A stretch of DNA of 41,773 bases from Octopus bimaculoides (GCF_001194135.2 NC_068992.1:12047025-12088797); one strand, 5' to 3'; counted from the first letter of the stretch, positions 11,346-24,584 are shown. Notes: a model not told the origin generated them from the sequence alone. Translations and numbers: made by a program.

Positions 11346-12126
11346 CAATAAGGAATATAAAACTGCATATGCAGGTCTTGTTTCCTTGCCTGCTCACCAT
11401 CAGACTGGCTATTGGCTGGTGATGATATACTTTCGCATGTAATTATCGAATTTACTGATCGAATGTGAAACTAAAATGGTTCGGTTGACTAAGACGTGGA
11501 TCACTAACAATGGAGACCAGAGAACAAGGATGAGTCACGTTATTTATTTTTCTTGTCAAGTTAAAAGCTGGTCATACATTTTTGCCAGTATTACTGATGT
11601 GACCAGGATCAGCGCTGCAAATGCTTGCTCAGCTTTCGCATTTGAGAGGTGCTTATATTTATGCATATTATATGTATTATTTTTGAGCGTATGTGTTTGT
11701 ACATGTATGTGTTTGTATAAATATGCATAACTATATGTATAAATATATATATATATATATATATGTCTGTAAGTATATATATATATATATTCAAATACAT
11801 ATTAGAAATATGTGTGTATGTGAGGATGTGTATTTATGTGTGGGTATTTATATATCTGCATATATATATATATATATATGTATGTATGCATTATGGCCCT
11901 TCAACGGAGTTGAAATAAACGTGCCAGGTTGCACAAGTTAGATTTGCATGCAATCTCCATTTATCTTAATCTTTCACGTAAGCACTCTCTAGACGCACTC
12001 TACAACATTCCCTGTGCACGCGCACGCACATATACACACGGACACACACACACACACACATACACACACACAAATATACACACATATATTATTGTTCTCA
12101 ATCTAGCCAGCAATCAACAACAGCCC

Positions 12127-12164
<38 letters not shown>

Positions 12165-12205
12165 ATCAGACAAATACATACGCACACAGTTTTAGTTTCC
12201 TATAG

Positions 12206-12260
<55 letters not shown>

Positions 12261-12449
12261 CATATATATTATACATACATATGTGTACATACATGTATAT
12301 ATGAATATACGTTTATGTATATACACACACATATATATGTATGTAAGTATATATATATGTATATGTATGTATATATATGTACGCATGTATGTATAACATA
12401 TATATATATGCATATATATATACATATGCATACATACATATATATATAC

Positions 12450-12482
<33 letters not shown>

Positions 12483-14429
12483 NNNNNNNNNNNNNNNNNN
12501 NNNNNNNNNNNNNNNNNNNNNNNNNNNNNNNNNNNNNNNNNNNNNNNNNNNNNNNNNNNNNNNNNNNNNNNNNNNNNNNNNNNNNNNNNNNNNNNNNNNN
12601 NNNNNNNNNNNNNNNNNNNNNNNNNNNNNNNNNNNNNNNNNNNNNNNNNNNNNNNNNNNNNNNNNNNNNNNNNNNNNNNNNNNNNNNNNNNNNNNNNNNN
12701 NNNNNNNNNNNNNNNNNNNNNNNNNNNNNNNNNNNNNNNNNNNNNNNNNNNNNNNNNNNNNNNNNNNNNNNNNNNNNNNNNNNNNNNNNNNNNNNNNNNN
12801 NNNNNNNNNNNNNNNNNNNNNNNNNNNNNNNNNNNNNNNNNNNNNNNNNNNNNNNNNNNNNNNNNNNNNNNNNNNNNNNNNNNNNNNNNNNNNNNNNNNN
12901 NNNNNNNNNNNNNNNNNNNNNNNNNNNNNNNNNNNNNNNNNNNNNNNNNNNNNNNNNNNNNNNNNNNNNNNNNNNNNNNNNNNNNNNNNNNNNNNNNNNN
13001 NNNNNNNNNNNNNNNNNNNNNNNNNNNNNNNNNNNNNNNNNNNNNNNNNNNNNNNNNNNNNNNNNNNNNNNNNNNNNNNNNNNNNNNNNNNNNNNNNNNN
13101 NNNNNNNNNNNNNNNNNNNNNNNNNNNNNNNNNNNNNNNNNNNNNNNNNNNNNNNNNNNNNNNNNNNNNNNNNNNNNNNNNNNNNNNNNNNNNNNNNNNN
13201 NNNNNNNNNNNNNNNNNNNNNNNNNNNNNNNNNNNNNNNNNNNNNNNNNNNNNNNNNNNNNNNNNNNNNNNNNNNNNNNNNNNNNNNNNNNNNNNNNNNN
13301 NNNNNNNNNNNNNNNNNNNNNNNNNNNNNNNNNNNNNNNNNNNNNNNNNNNNNNNNNNNNNNNNNNNNNNNNNNNNNNNNNNNNNNNNNNNNNNNNNNNN
13401 NNNNNNNNNNNNNNNNNNNNNNNNNNNNNTATATATATATATATATATGTTTGTATGTATGTATGTATATATGTACATAGGCGCTCGTATATAGACAGTG
13501 ATTTATCAAACATTCACACATAGGGGAACAGATGACTAATAGTCGAATATATACAGAAGCAAACAGATAAATACACACCCTCACTTCCAATCATGAATCC
13601 AGACATATAAACGTATTTATACTTAGGCATATACAGATGCAGAATTAAAGTAAACCTACGCACGCACGAGCTCATAGAAGCGAAGAAGAGACATATCTTC
13701 ACCGCTACACACGTACGCAGTTTCTGTCGTACGAACATGCCATCTCAAACTCGCCAACAACGTGTACATATGTACAGACATAAATACATTGATACACACA
13801 TATATAAAAACATAAGTAGATACGTAAAAACATGCGTACATACTTACGTACATACATGCATTCATACATACTTACATGCTTATACACGTATATAGATATT
13901 TAATTATATGCATACATGCCTCTGTATATACACATACACACATACATACATACATACATACATACATGCATTACTGGGGCCCCGAGACATGTAACACACT
14001 GCCTAAATACCGATCTTGAGAAATTAGGCTTCTGAAAATCAGAAAGGAGAAAGCTGATTCGAAGACTACAGATCCAATCCCTCACGGAACTGTAAAAGTC
14101 TGTAAAACTTTCCAGAAGTATATAATTTAAGTATACATGAGCACGTCTAGAAATGCAAGTATATGCATAAAACAAAACATACGAATCCGTGTGCATATTA
14201 TTATTATTATGCTAGCGCATATTAAATTTAGTAAGAAGGCATTATATCTTGATGCTCCGTGACAACAAGTTTCCTCGAGTCTCAAGAATACTCCGTAGAG
14301 CTCTCGCAGAATATAGGACGGTACTCTTAATGTAGAATTGTTGCATCGGCCATCCACAATCTACACACCTTTCTGTGCTAATTCCTAATATTTCACAAAT
14401 TTTTCATTATTGTTGTTGTTGTTGATATT

Positions 14430-14430
<1 letters not shown>

Positions 14431-14488
<58 letters not shown>
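14431..14488. repeat. (CAT)n microsatellite
   Basis: About 19 perfect units. Confidence 0.97.
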
Positions 14489-15077
14489 TGTTATTATGAT
14501 TATCATGACTATTAAAGTAATTGTGTGTGCTGCGCCTGTATCAGAAATAATTAAGTTGGAAGTAATCGTGTTGGAAACCTTTCTTATTAAAATATTTAGA
14601 AATCATAAAAGAAACTATGATTACTTATAAACACAAAGAAACCATTATTATTTATTTTATAAGTTGGTGTTATATTGGCAAGGTTGAGAATTTAGAAGTT
14701 AGACCAAATTAATAATATCGATTTCTTAGAAGGACAAACTTGTAATAATATACAGACGGAATGTTTTCCTTATTTTTGGTTGCTGCGCTTTTTTTTTTTT
14801 TTTTTTTTGTGTTCTTCAAGGTCCCTGGCAAATCTATAATTGTTATGGTTTAACATTGTTACAGTAATTAATCGGTTATCTGTTCTTTATATTTTAGACG
14901 ATTGTGAGCAAAGAAGTAGAGTTGAAGGGGTTGTAGTTGTTTTTGTTTTTTTGTTTGACCTTCAAATAATCCCCTATTAAGAAAAGACTAGTCATCTGGC
15001 ATTCCAGCGATCTTTTTGTTTGTTTACTTTATTCTTCCATTACAGCCTTCATTTTTCCCAGGCATAGTAAACTAGTA

Positions 15078-15320
15078 GTGGAGGCGCAATGGCCCAGTGG
15101 TTAGGGCAGCGGACTCGCGGTCATAGGATCGCGGTTTCGATTTCCAGACCGGGTCAGCCTTGTCACACTCTGTGTCACGCTGAATATCCCCGAGAACTAC
15201 GTTAAGGGTACACGTGTCTGTGGAGTGCTCAGCCACTTGCACGTTAATTTAACGAGCAGGCTGTTCCGTTGATCGGATCAACTGGAACCCTCGACGTCGT
15301 AAGCGACGGAGTGCCAACAA
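15078..15320 (+). mobile_element. SINE family A, internally deleted (142 bp) copy
   Basis: A-box TGGCCCAGTGG and B-box-like GTTTCGATTTCC. gaccGGG is joined to tcagcc. Imperfect TSD gcatagtaaactagta / gcaagtaaactaata. Confidence 0.92.
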
Positions 15321-16097
15321 ATGCAAGTAAACTAATACTACATTATCCAATGTTATATTATTATTATCATTTCAAAGTAAGAGGATCACATATAAATGGA
15401 ATTTGCTGCTATTTCTTGCTGTTCTGTTGGCCATTGAAAACCTTCTTCATTGGTTCCTAAACAAAGAAAAAGAATTTAATTGCTGGCTTTGTGATCTTCA
15501 TTCATACGGCTTACATTTAGAACTTCTCCTTTACAGTGATATATTTAGTATACATACAACTCTGGCTGATTTAATTAATCATCTTATTAATTATTTAATT
15601 AATATTCTCTGCCGTTCCAAATGAATCATGTCTTTCAGCAAAAATTAATATTCTTGTTATAGATATTGTTTAGACATAGTGTCTGCCCGATGAGGACAAT
15701 AACTAGATGGCGCCGAAACACTGGCTGGGAAGCCTAAGAGTTATCCACTCCACGGACATAGCATTGCGGTAAGATCTTGCATCTACCTCTCTGACTGAAA
15801 ACTACCATGTATACTCCGGCATTAAACAATTAATCAGAGGGCAGCAGGGTCGTCCTGATATTTCGCCACTCACCAAGCCGCTTATATAAATTTAGAGCTT
15901 CCACTTTAATAGATTTGTTTAGTTACTTAATGTGTTAAAACACAATACAGAAGATCCCGAGACCAAATTCCTCTCAGTGCTTACTTAGGTGGTGTAGAGG
16001 AACACAATGCTGAAGAATATTCAACTAAATTCTTTTCAGTATTTAGTTTTGTCCTTCTCCTTTCTGACTTCAACTCACACAATGATTTAGCATTTAA

Positions 16098-16316
16098 GGC
16101 GGCGAGCTGGCAGAAACGTTAGCACGCCGGGCGAAATGCTTAGCGGTATTTCATCTGCCGCTACGTTCTGAGTTCAAATTCCGCCGAGGTCGAGTTTGCC
16201 TTTCATACTTAAATAAGTACCAGTTACGCTTTGGGGTCGATATAATCAACTTAATCCGTTTGTCTGTCCTTGTTTTTCCCCTCTGTGTGTAGCCCCTTGT
16301 GGGTAGTAAAGAAATA
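16098..16316 (+). mobile_element. SINE family C, full-length copy with 21-bp TSD
   Basis: B-box GAGTTCAAATTCC. Flanked by identical ACACAATGATTTAGCATTTAA at 16077-16097 and 16317-16337. Confidence 0.95.
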
Positions 16317-16429
16317 ACACAATGATTTAGCATTTAAACTAGAGTAGGTATTTTTTAGCAGAACCAGTTTGACAACATTTCTCAGGGATTTGGCGGTCGT
16401 CTGCTATTGTTAGATATCTGCGTTTGATT

Positions 16430-16492
16430 AGGTTCCACAGAGAACATGGCAGGTTCCTTAGAGAACTTGGAAGGTTCCACAAAAGACATGGC
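16430..16492. repeat. 3 x 21-bp imperfect minisatellite (aggttccacagagaacatggc-like)
   Basis: Units at 16430, 16451 and 16472. Confidence 0.85.
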
Positions 16493-17093
16493 TTAGTTCG
16501 AAACACATTGACTATCTGCTTGTAGTTCCTTGGTTCAAATCTGTTACCGAATTGTTTTTTCTTTTTTCTCCTCCTTTTTCTTTTTTTCTCTTTTCTTCCT
16601 CTATGAATGGCTGTTCAGAGGTCATCATCATTATATAGATGCGTGTGTGGTGTGCGTTTGTATGTGTATGCATGCGTATATGTGTGCGCGAGCATGCGTG
16701 TGTGTGTGTGTGTGTGCGTGTATGCGTATGTGATACCAGTTTAAGTACGTTGAGAGATATTTGAATACTTAAAAGTCTTTTCATTTCAGTTTATCATAGA
16801 GAAATAATTCTCACTTGAGACAAAAACAAAAAGTTTAAAACACCATAGATAGCTAAGAGCGCCCTCTATTGAATGATGGATTTTGAAATAATTTCGTACT
16901 CGTCAGCATCATATAACTTTTGTCTCAATCGAGTATTTTTCCTCTGGGACAAACTGCAATGAAAAACCTATAACAGATTCAAATACTTCTCAAGCATGTT
17001 TGAAATGGTATCAAATTTGTCTACTTTCAGTTACAGCTGCACGCATCTACCCATGAATACATACACACATGCATACATACATACATATATCTA

Positions 17094-17152
<59 letters not shown>

Positions 17153-18027
17153 ATATATATATATATATATATATATNNNNNNNNNNNNNNNNNNNNNNNN
17201 NNNNNNNNNNNNNNNNNNNNNNNNNNNNNNNNNNNNNNNNNNNNNNNNNNNNNNNNNNNNNNNNNNNNNNNNNNNNNNNNNNNNNNNNNNNNNNNNNNNN
17301 NNNNNNNNNNNNNNNNNNNNNNNNNNNNNNNNNNNNNNNNNNNNNNNNNNNNNNNNNNNNNNNNNNNNNNNNNNNNNNNNNNNNNNNNNNNNNNNNNNNN
17401 NNNNNNNNNNNNNNNNNNNNNNNNNNNNNNNNNNNNNNNNNNNNNNNNNNNNNNNNNNNNNNNNNNNNNNNNNNNNNNNNNNNNNNNNNNNNNNNNNNNN
17501 NNNNNNNNNNNNNNNNNNNNNNNNNNNNNNNNNNNNNNNNNNNNNNNNNNNNNNNNNNNNNNNNNNNNNNNNNNNNNNNNNNNNNNNNNNNNNNNNNNNN
17601 NNNNNNNNNNNNNNNNNNNNNNNNNNNNNNNNNNNNNNNNNNNNNNNNNNNNNNNNNNNNNNNNNNNNNNNNNNNNNNNNNNNNNNNNNNNNNNNNNNNN
17701 NNNNNNNNNNNNNNNNNNNNNNNNNNNNNNNNNNNNNNNNNNNNNNNNNNNNNNNNNNNNNNNNNNNNNNNNNNNNNNNNNNNNNNNNNNNNNNNNNNNN
17801 NNNNNNNNNNNNNNNNNNNNNNNNNNNNNNNNNNNNNNNNNNNNNNNNNNNNNNNNNNNNNNNNNNNNNNNNNNNNNNNNNNNNNNNNNNNNNNNNNNNN
17901 NNNNNNNNNNNNNNNNNNNNNNNNNNNNNNNNNNNNNNNNNNNNNNNNNNNNNNNNNNNNNNNNNNNNNNNNNNNNNNNNNNNNNNNNNNNNNNNNNNNN
18001 NNNNNNNNNNNNNNNNNNNNNNNNNNN

Positions 18028-18083
<56 letters not shown>

Positions 18084-18799
18084 GTGTGTGTGTGTCACAC
18101 ACATCTCACCTTACCTTGGGATCTCAAATATTAAGTATGGATGCCGAAGTCTTTTTAGACCTGAGACATCCGTTCCTCTCTAAGTTCGATGACAACTGAT
18201 TTCTTCCAAAAATTGAGATCATGTTAGGCGTAAACGTTTACCGCTTGAATATTAACAACGTTAATTTCGGGCAATGCATCTATCAGTTATTGATCATAAT
18301 TTAGTTACGTTTTCATATTTATTATAAGATGAAGTCCTGCTTTCTCTCTTTATATCACTTCCATAATTTAACATTCCGTAGGATTTCCTACGATAAGCAT
18401 TATATATCATATGCAAATCAAAACTGCGTGAAGAATTCGCTGTCGACTTAGATTACCGATTCATATTCATAGAGTTCCAGTTCACGAAATACTTCTTCCA
18501 AGAAAGATGTAAACTTTTAGGTGAAATATAATAGCCTTGTTTTACTCCCATCTATACTTGAAACTGCTTCAAACCCAGGCGCGGTCCCAGAAATTTTCGA
18601 AGGGAGGTCACGTAGTCAGAAGTGAATACAATTCCAGGAGAGAAGGGCGTAATAACATTATTTAGAAGGGCGCACTTCTTTTGTTTAGGGGGGGGGGACG
18701 TACACTTCAGCCTCATCCTCTTGGGTCAACCCATGAAACCTTTGTGTATTCTGATGGAAGATTTATGTCAATATGCTAGATGTGTAATTAAAACATTGA

Positions 18800-20240
18800 T
18801 GTGTAAGAAATCTAGAATTGTAGAGTGATTCATGACATCTTGGAGATCAATGGCAAGAGAAAAAGCACCTCAAATTCCGCTTGTTATATACTTGATTTGC
18901 ATCCAATTGTTTGGCAATTACGTTCGACGTGATATTGGTGAATAGCAAGTATACATGACACTTAGAAGCGTCAAAATAAGTGTTGCAAATCGCCACGAGA
19001 TCATTTTTCAGACGACTCTTATGACATGAGGTGTTATGTTGTCTTATTCTGAAGATTTCCCTCTCTTTAGTGATTTTCTGTTTTTACAGCATGTGGCATA
19101 ATTTCTGATAATTGCAGTGTTATTGTAGCTTCAATGTTGTTTATCTTCTGCTTTCTATTGTTGTTTCTGTGACAGATGTTGGGAGAATTTCATTGCTATT
19201 TAAATAATTCTTCTTTTGTATTCTTAATGGCTCCACTTTCTTTTAATGATGTCATTTAGGCTTTCTTTTTGGCATATTTATTTATTCTCCCCTGTTGAGT
19301 CGTTGTTTCTATAATGCCCATACAATTTCTCAACCCCCTCACGCTGTTTTCTTATCGTTTGTTTATTCCGTTCTATAGCATGACATTTGCATCCAACCCA
19401 CCTCACATAGAAGTGTTTTCATTACTACATCACACTCAGGGTTTTCGGTGTTATTTTGTCTTGCTTTTCTTTCGTTGTTTAATCTGTCTATGTTGTTAAT
19501 TTGAATTTGTTGTTCGATTACTGCCTCATTAAAGTTAGTTTCAAAATAATTGGTTATATTTTTGACGAAGTGATCTGATAGTTCTTAGGATAAAATGATT
19601 TCTCCGGTTACTTTGCAAGCCAATAAGACGCTTACCTCTTTCCATTCTGTGATCGCTAACTTTGATATTGTTCGATGTCATACCTCGAAAGATGTCTTCT
19701 TTGTGATAAGCTAATCTTACTGAGGTTTCGTAATTTGGACTTCAGTTCTGCTATTGTTGTTTATTCACATTAAACATGGCATTGGCTATATTTTGGTCTT
19801 CTGTCAGGCAGAAAATTATTACATCTTCTCCTCTGTCATATCGTCCACCATGTAAGAATTTTCCCACACAGTACTAGTTCCCGTGTCTATCACCGAACTA
19901 GCTCCCATACTGATTACATTTATCATTATGATAATATGAGTTTTACGATGAACATTTTTTTAATAACCTCCCATGCAATAATTCCTATCTTCTTCTTCAC
20001 TTGCCTTTGTTTGTGGATGACCTTGGCTAATCGCACAGTTGTACATCTGTGATACCTTCAAAGTGATGCTAGGAAGTCGGTCATAAACATCATAGAATTC
20101 TTTCACCAAATTCTTAATGACTCTATCGACTAGGAAATCCACACTTATCATGTCTGAGTTCTTTGTTTACTCGTTAGAAGCGATTGTGTTCAATCGATTC
20201 TATTAATGCTTCACCTGGTCTTTCAACGTCACAGAGGACC
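18800..20240 (-). mobile_element. Highly decayed RTE-clade LINE remnant (AP endonuclease, linker, start of RT)
   Basis: Minus-strand fragments: VERPGEALIE, EFYDVYDRLPSITLKVS, ASEEED, VGKFLHGGRYDRGE, FCLTEDQNIANAMF (~19813-19772), SDHRM (19657-19643), GKSSE*DNITP and KQLDANQ (~18912-18892). Many stops and frameshifts. Confidence 0.75.
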
Positions 20241-21194
20241 ACGATATATCATTTCAGACTCGGGTTTCATTTATCACATTTATGAAGTATGATAATCCTT
20301 ATAGTGTATCTGCACTTCAACTGTATTTATGCAGGTTTATATTTTTTGAAGGATTAAATGCTTAATAAATTTTTAGTGTCACCTTACTGAATACATTAAT
20401 CATGATCAGACCCTGGCAAATTCGCTTTATCCAACAGGAACAGCAATTTAAATGTTTCCGTTTGAGATTCATTTGACAGGTTTGATCTGCACTATAGTGC
20501 GCTTGCCCATTTTATTTTAACAGGGATAGGCTCTTATCACGGTTTTTATTCACAAACCACCTTGAGGCTGCATGATGCAGCTGATACGAAAAATACATTC
20601 ATATATGTATACATGCACATACATATATATATATACAGACACATACATACATGGACATATACATATATGCATGCATGCTTATGCAAATGCATACGTACGC
20701 ATATTTACGTCTCCCTCTCTCTCTCACTCCCTTCTCTCTAGCTCTTCTCTCTCTTCCTTGTTTCTTTCTTTCTCTCTCTTTTTCCAGATCAACATATGCA
20801 CAGTTACGTATGTCTACATTTGTGTGTATCTATATTTGTATCATGAATACATACATACATACATACATACATACATACATACATACATGTAAACGTTATC
20901 CTTACATATATATATGTATATGTGTGTTTACATACATGCTGTTCTAAGGGGTGGGAGAGAATTTTTTAAAGATATTTATTCCCCCTATCTAAGCTCTGCG
21001 TTCATCTCATAACAACGCCAACATTATTTTTCATCCTTCTGAACAACTGTATTACTTGCGACAGATACGTATTATAATAATAATATTCTGGGCAAGAATC
21101 TCCCTGACACAATGTTTTACAAACCAGCACCTCATTGAATTACAGGTACAATCTGCTCAAAAGTCTTCTTGATAGTTTTTGCTTATCGAGGCTA

Positions 21195-21292
21195 TATAGA
21201 GTGACACATACCAAAGATACTACGTCCTAGGATTGAACCCGGGACCTCGTATTTGTAAAGTGAACCTCTTAACCTATCAGACCGGCTATGCT
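21195..21292 (-). mobile_element. Degenerate SINE family B head fragment
   Basis: gaggctata..gacac..ccaaag..ggattgaacccggg resembles 37410-37470. Confidence 0.4.
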
Positions 21293-21710
21293 CACATATA
21301 TTAGATATCTAATGTCGTTTTAAATAGAAGGTCAATTGTATTTGGCTCAGTTTATCTAAACTATCTTCCCGGTATTTTATTGATATAATCTAACATTTAT
21401 GGTTTACACGCGGGAATCATTCAAAATCCAATATTTCACACTATCATATCTGAATATCCAAAGCATCTCGTTACAATATGAGAAGTTGATCAGAAATTGA
21501 AAGGTGGCTGCGGAGTGTGATTTCGTACCTGGATGGAAATAACTTTGCATTATATTACTGTCCGATTACATTGTGGAATACAGAAAGCTATTTTATGGCC
21601 CTACTGAGGTGGGATTAAATCACAGGTGGTTTCTATTAAAATCAAAATGACCAACTTACGTCCTATATATTAGGTGATTTCCACCTTTGGTTTTAATATG
21701 TCATCAATAT

Positions 21711-22080
21711 AAGGTGGTGTGCTGGCAGAAGTGTTAGCACGCCGGGCGAAATATTTAGCAGTATTTCGTCTGTCTTTACGTTCTCAGTTCAAATTCCACC
21801 GAAGGCGATTTTTCCTTTCATCCTTTGGGGTCGATAAACTAAGTACCAGTTGCGTACTGGGGTTGATCTAATCGACTGCCCCCCCCCCCCACAAAAACTC
21901 TGGGCCTTGTGCCTAGAGTAGAAAAATTATTTTGAGTTTAAATTCCACCGAGTTCGACTTTGCCTTTCATCCTTTCGGAGTCGATAAATGAAGTACCAAT
22001 TGCTTACTGGGGTGAGTCTAATCGACTTGATCCCCTCCCCCAAAATATCGGGCCTTGTGCCTAGAGTAGAAAAAAGTATT
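21711..22080 (+). mobile_element. SINE family C head-to-tail dimer (full unit 21711-21930 plus headless unit 21931-22080)
   Basis: Both units end ggccttgtgcctagagtagaaaa. The second starts at the B-box (tgagtttaaattcc). Confidence 0.9.
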
Positions 22081-22811
22081 TCATCAATTTCTTAGTGGGG
22101 TTTTGGTCAGGTCAAGTCAGTAGCGCAGCTAAGTGACGGAGAGATGTGGGGAGGTGCTCTGCCCAGGTTTTGCTTTTGATGCAGCACTTTGGGTCTACTG
22201 TATAAGCATGCATAAGGCTTGGGGTTCCTGGAGGAGGTGAAAAACGCAAGGGATGAATTGACCGGCACATACTCTAGATACTTCAGGTGAGACGCCAGGC
22301 CAAGGAATCACGTCGTTGAGATAATGAACAGCAAACCAGAGAGTAGCTATTTAAACACTATCTACAAGTATTAAATTCTACTGCTACAGAAATTTCGCAC
22401 CATTTAGCAAGCTGGCATAATGAAAAAGCTCCAGCATCTCGTGATAGCTCACTGCGCTTTGCATGATCCTGAAGAAACATAATAGTACAAAAGACGCCTA
22501 TGGTATAACAGTATAAACCATTACTGACAGGAATAAATTGAGCCGGAACTTCAAATATCTGAAAACGTTTCAGCATTTCTCCGGTCACCCTCGAAAATCT
22601 GCAACACGATATTATAGAGAGGGATAAAATTCATTCTAAGTTTCTGGCTGGTAATTCATTTATCAAATGCAGAAAGAAAGAATACAAAGCTCACCTCAAA
22701 TGTATTCGAAGGCAAAGTGCAGAAGAGCTAGGTTCCTAGGGAAAAACTTACGGAAATTTCAGTTCCATGGACCGAAATCGAACTGTTTTAAATTGTGTGT
22801 GTGTGTGTGAA

Positions 22812-22865
<54 letters not shown>

Positions 22866-22896
22866 ACAGNNNNNNNNNNNNNNNNNNNNNNNNNNN

Positions 22897-22969
<73 letters not shown>

Positions 22970-24097
22970 ACAGACAGACAGACAGAGAATGTATGTATAT
23001 GAGTATATGTGTGTGCGTGTTTGTGAGAAAGAAAATCCACTTTGTCATTCTACGAACCCGCTGCGTTTCCAGCAATTTCAAATCTTCAAGAAATGATGTT
23101 AGGACATGTATTGTTTTAAAATTGGTACCATCTTCATGCCTGAGGTATGTGCATATGTATAGATGTGTGTGTGTGTATGTGTGTGTGCGTGTGTGTATTT
23201 GTGTGTGTGTCCATAGATATATATATTTATATATGTATGTATATATGTATATATAATATATATATATATACACACATATACATAGCTATACATATGCAAA
23301 TAGAAACATACACACTCACCCACGTGTGTGTGTGTATGTGTATGTGTGTGTGTGTGTGTGTATCTGTGTCTCTGTGAGTGAGTACCTACGTGCATGGCTT
23401 TTCGCTTGTGTAGAGAAAAGTGTGTATGAGCGCGCATAAATAGAAGGGCGAGCGCATGATTCTAATGGCGTAGGGGAGTTTCTGCATATCTCGCCTCAGG
23501 TCGCGTTCACATGCGATATTCTTTTAACCTCAAATTCAAATTATCGGAAAAAGGTGTACAAGATGAGAGTAAATACATTCATACGTACGTGCATGTAAAC
23601 ATATATATATATTCACATATCTATACCGCTGTATATGAATCCACATATATGCGACTATTTTTGCTTGTGTTGTTTTTTTTTTTGCTTTTATTTCTTTTTT
23701 CTCTTTTTGTTCAACTTACATTGCAACATGCATGTTTATATGTATGCAAATACACTTGGTGACATAGCAGACGAAAGACTTCGGAAAACTGCACCTATTC
23801 ATTTCTGTTATAATCGATACATCTGGCGGCACCTAAGCCTACTTTTCTATGAGTAGCATAGCTTATATACATGTATACAACAAAGACACCCGAACCCACT
23901 CTCTCTTCATAAGGGCCGCGCGCGAACGCAACGCATGCACATGCACGCGTGCACATACATACACACATACATACTTACGTATGTGGATAAAATATTTATT
24001 TATTCCAATGCAGAAATTACAAAACGATGAGATGAAAGTCATGTACAATTTGGGTAGGATATTATGGGCAAGCACATATATATATATATATATATAT

Positions 24098-24143
<46 letters not shown>

Positions 24144-24584
24144 TGATTGATTGATAGATACATGCATACATATNNNNNNNNNNNNNNNNNNNNNNNNNNN
24201 NNNNNNNNNNNNNNNNNNNNNNNNNNNNNNNNNNNNNNNNNNNNNNNNNNNNNNNNNNNNNNNNNNNNNNNNNNNNNNNNNNNNNNNNNNNNNNNNNNNN
24301 NNNNNNNNNNNNNNNNNNNNNNNNNNNNNNNNNNNNNNNNNNNNNNNNNNNNNNNNNNNNNNNNNNNNNNNNNNNNNNNNNNNNNNNNNNNNNNNNNNNN
24401 NNNNNNNNNNNNNNNNNNNNNNNNNNNNNNNNNNNNNNNNNNNNNNNNNNNNNNNNNNNNNNNNNNNNNNNNNNNNNNNNNNNNNNNNNNNNNNNNNNNN
24501 NNNNNNNNNNNNNNNNNNNNNNNNNNNNNNNNNNNNNNNNNNNNNNNNNNNNNNNNNNNNNNNNNNNNNNNNNNNNNNNNNNNN

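Noticed and set aside
12192-13590. Long ORFs of 300-430 aa here and at 16996-18199, 24062-24724, 27001-28013 and 29938-30748
   Set aside because: They consist of N-gap X runs plus microsatellite translations (YIYI, HTHT, CVCV).
15078-15155. Possible tRNA genes (also 25310-25380, 29445-29521 and 30850-30920)
   Set aside because: A/B boxes are present but there is no closed acceptor stem. The first three continue into SINE bodies; the last is too degenerate to call.
18576-18735. Possible MITE (caggcgcggtcccag ... ttgggtcaacccatg)
   Set aside because: The putative TIRs match at only 9/15 and there is no TSD.
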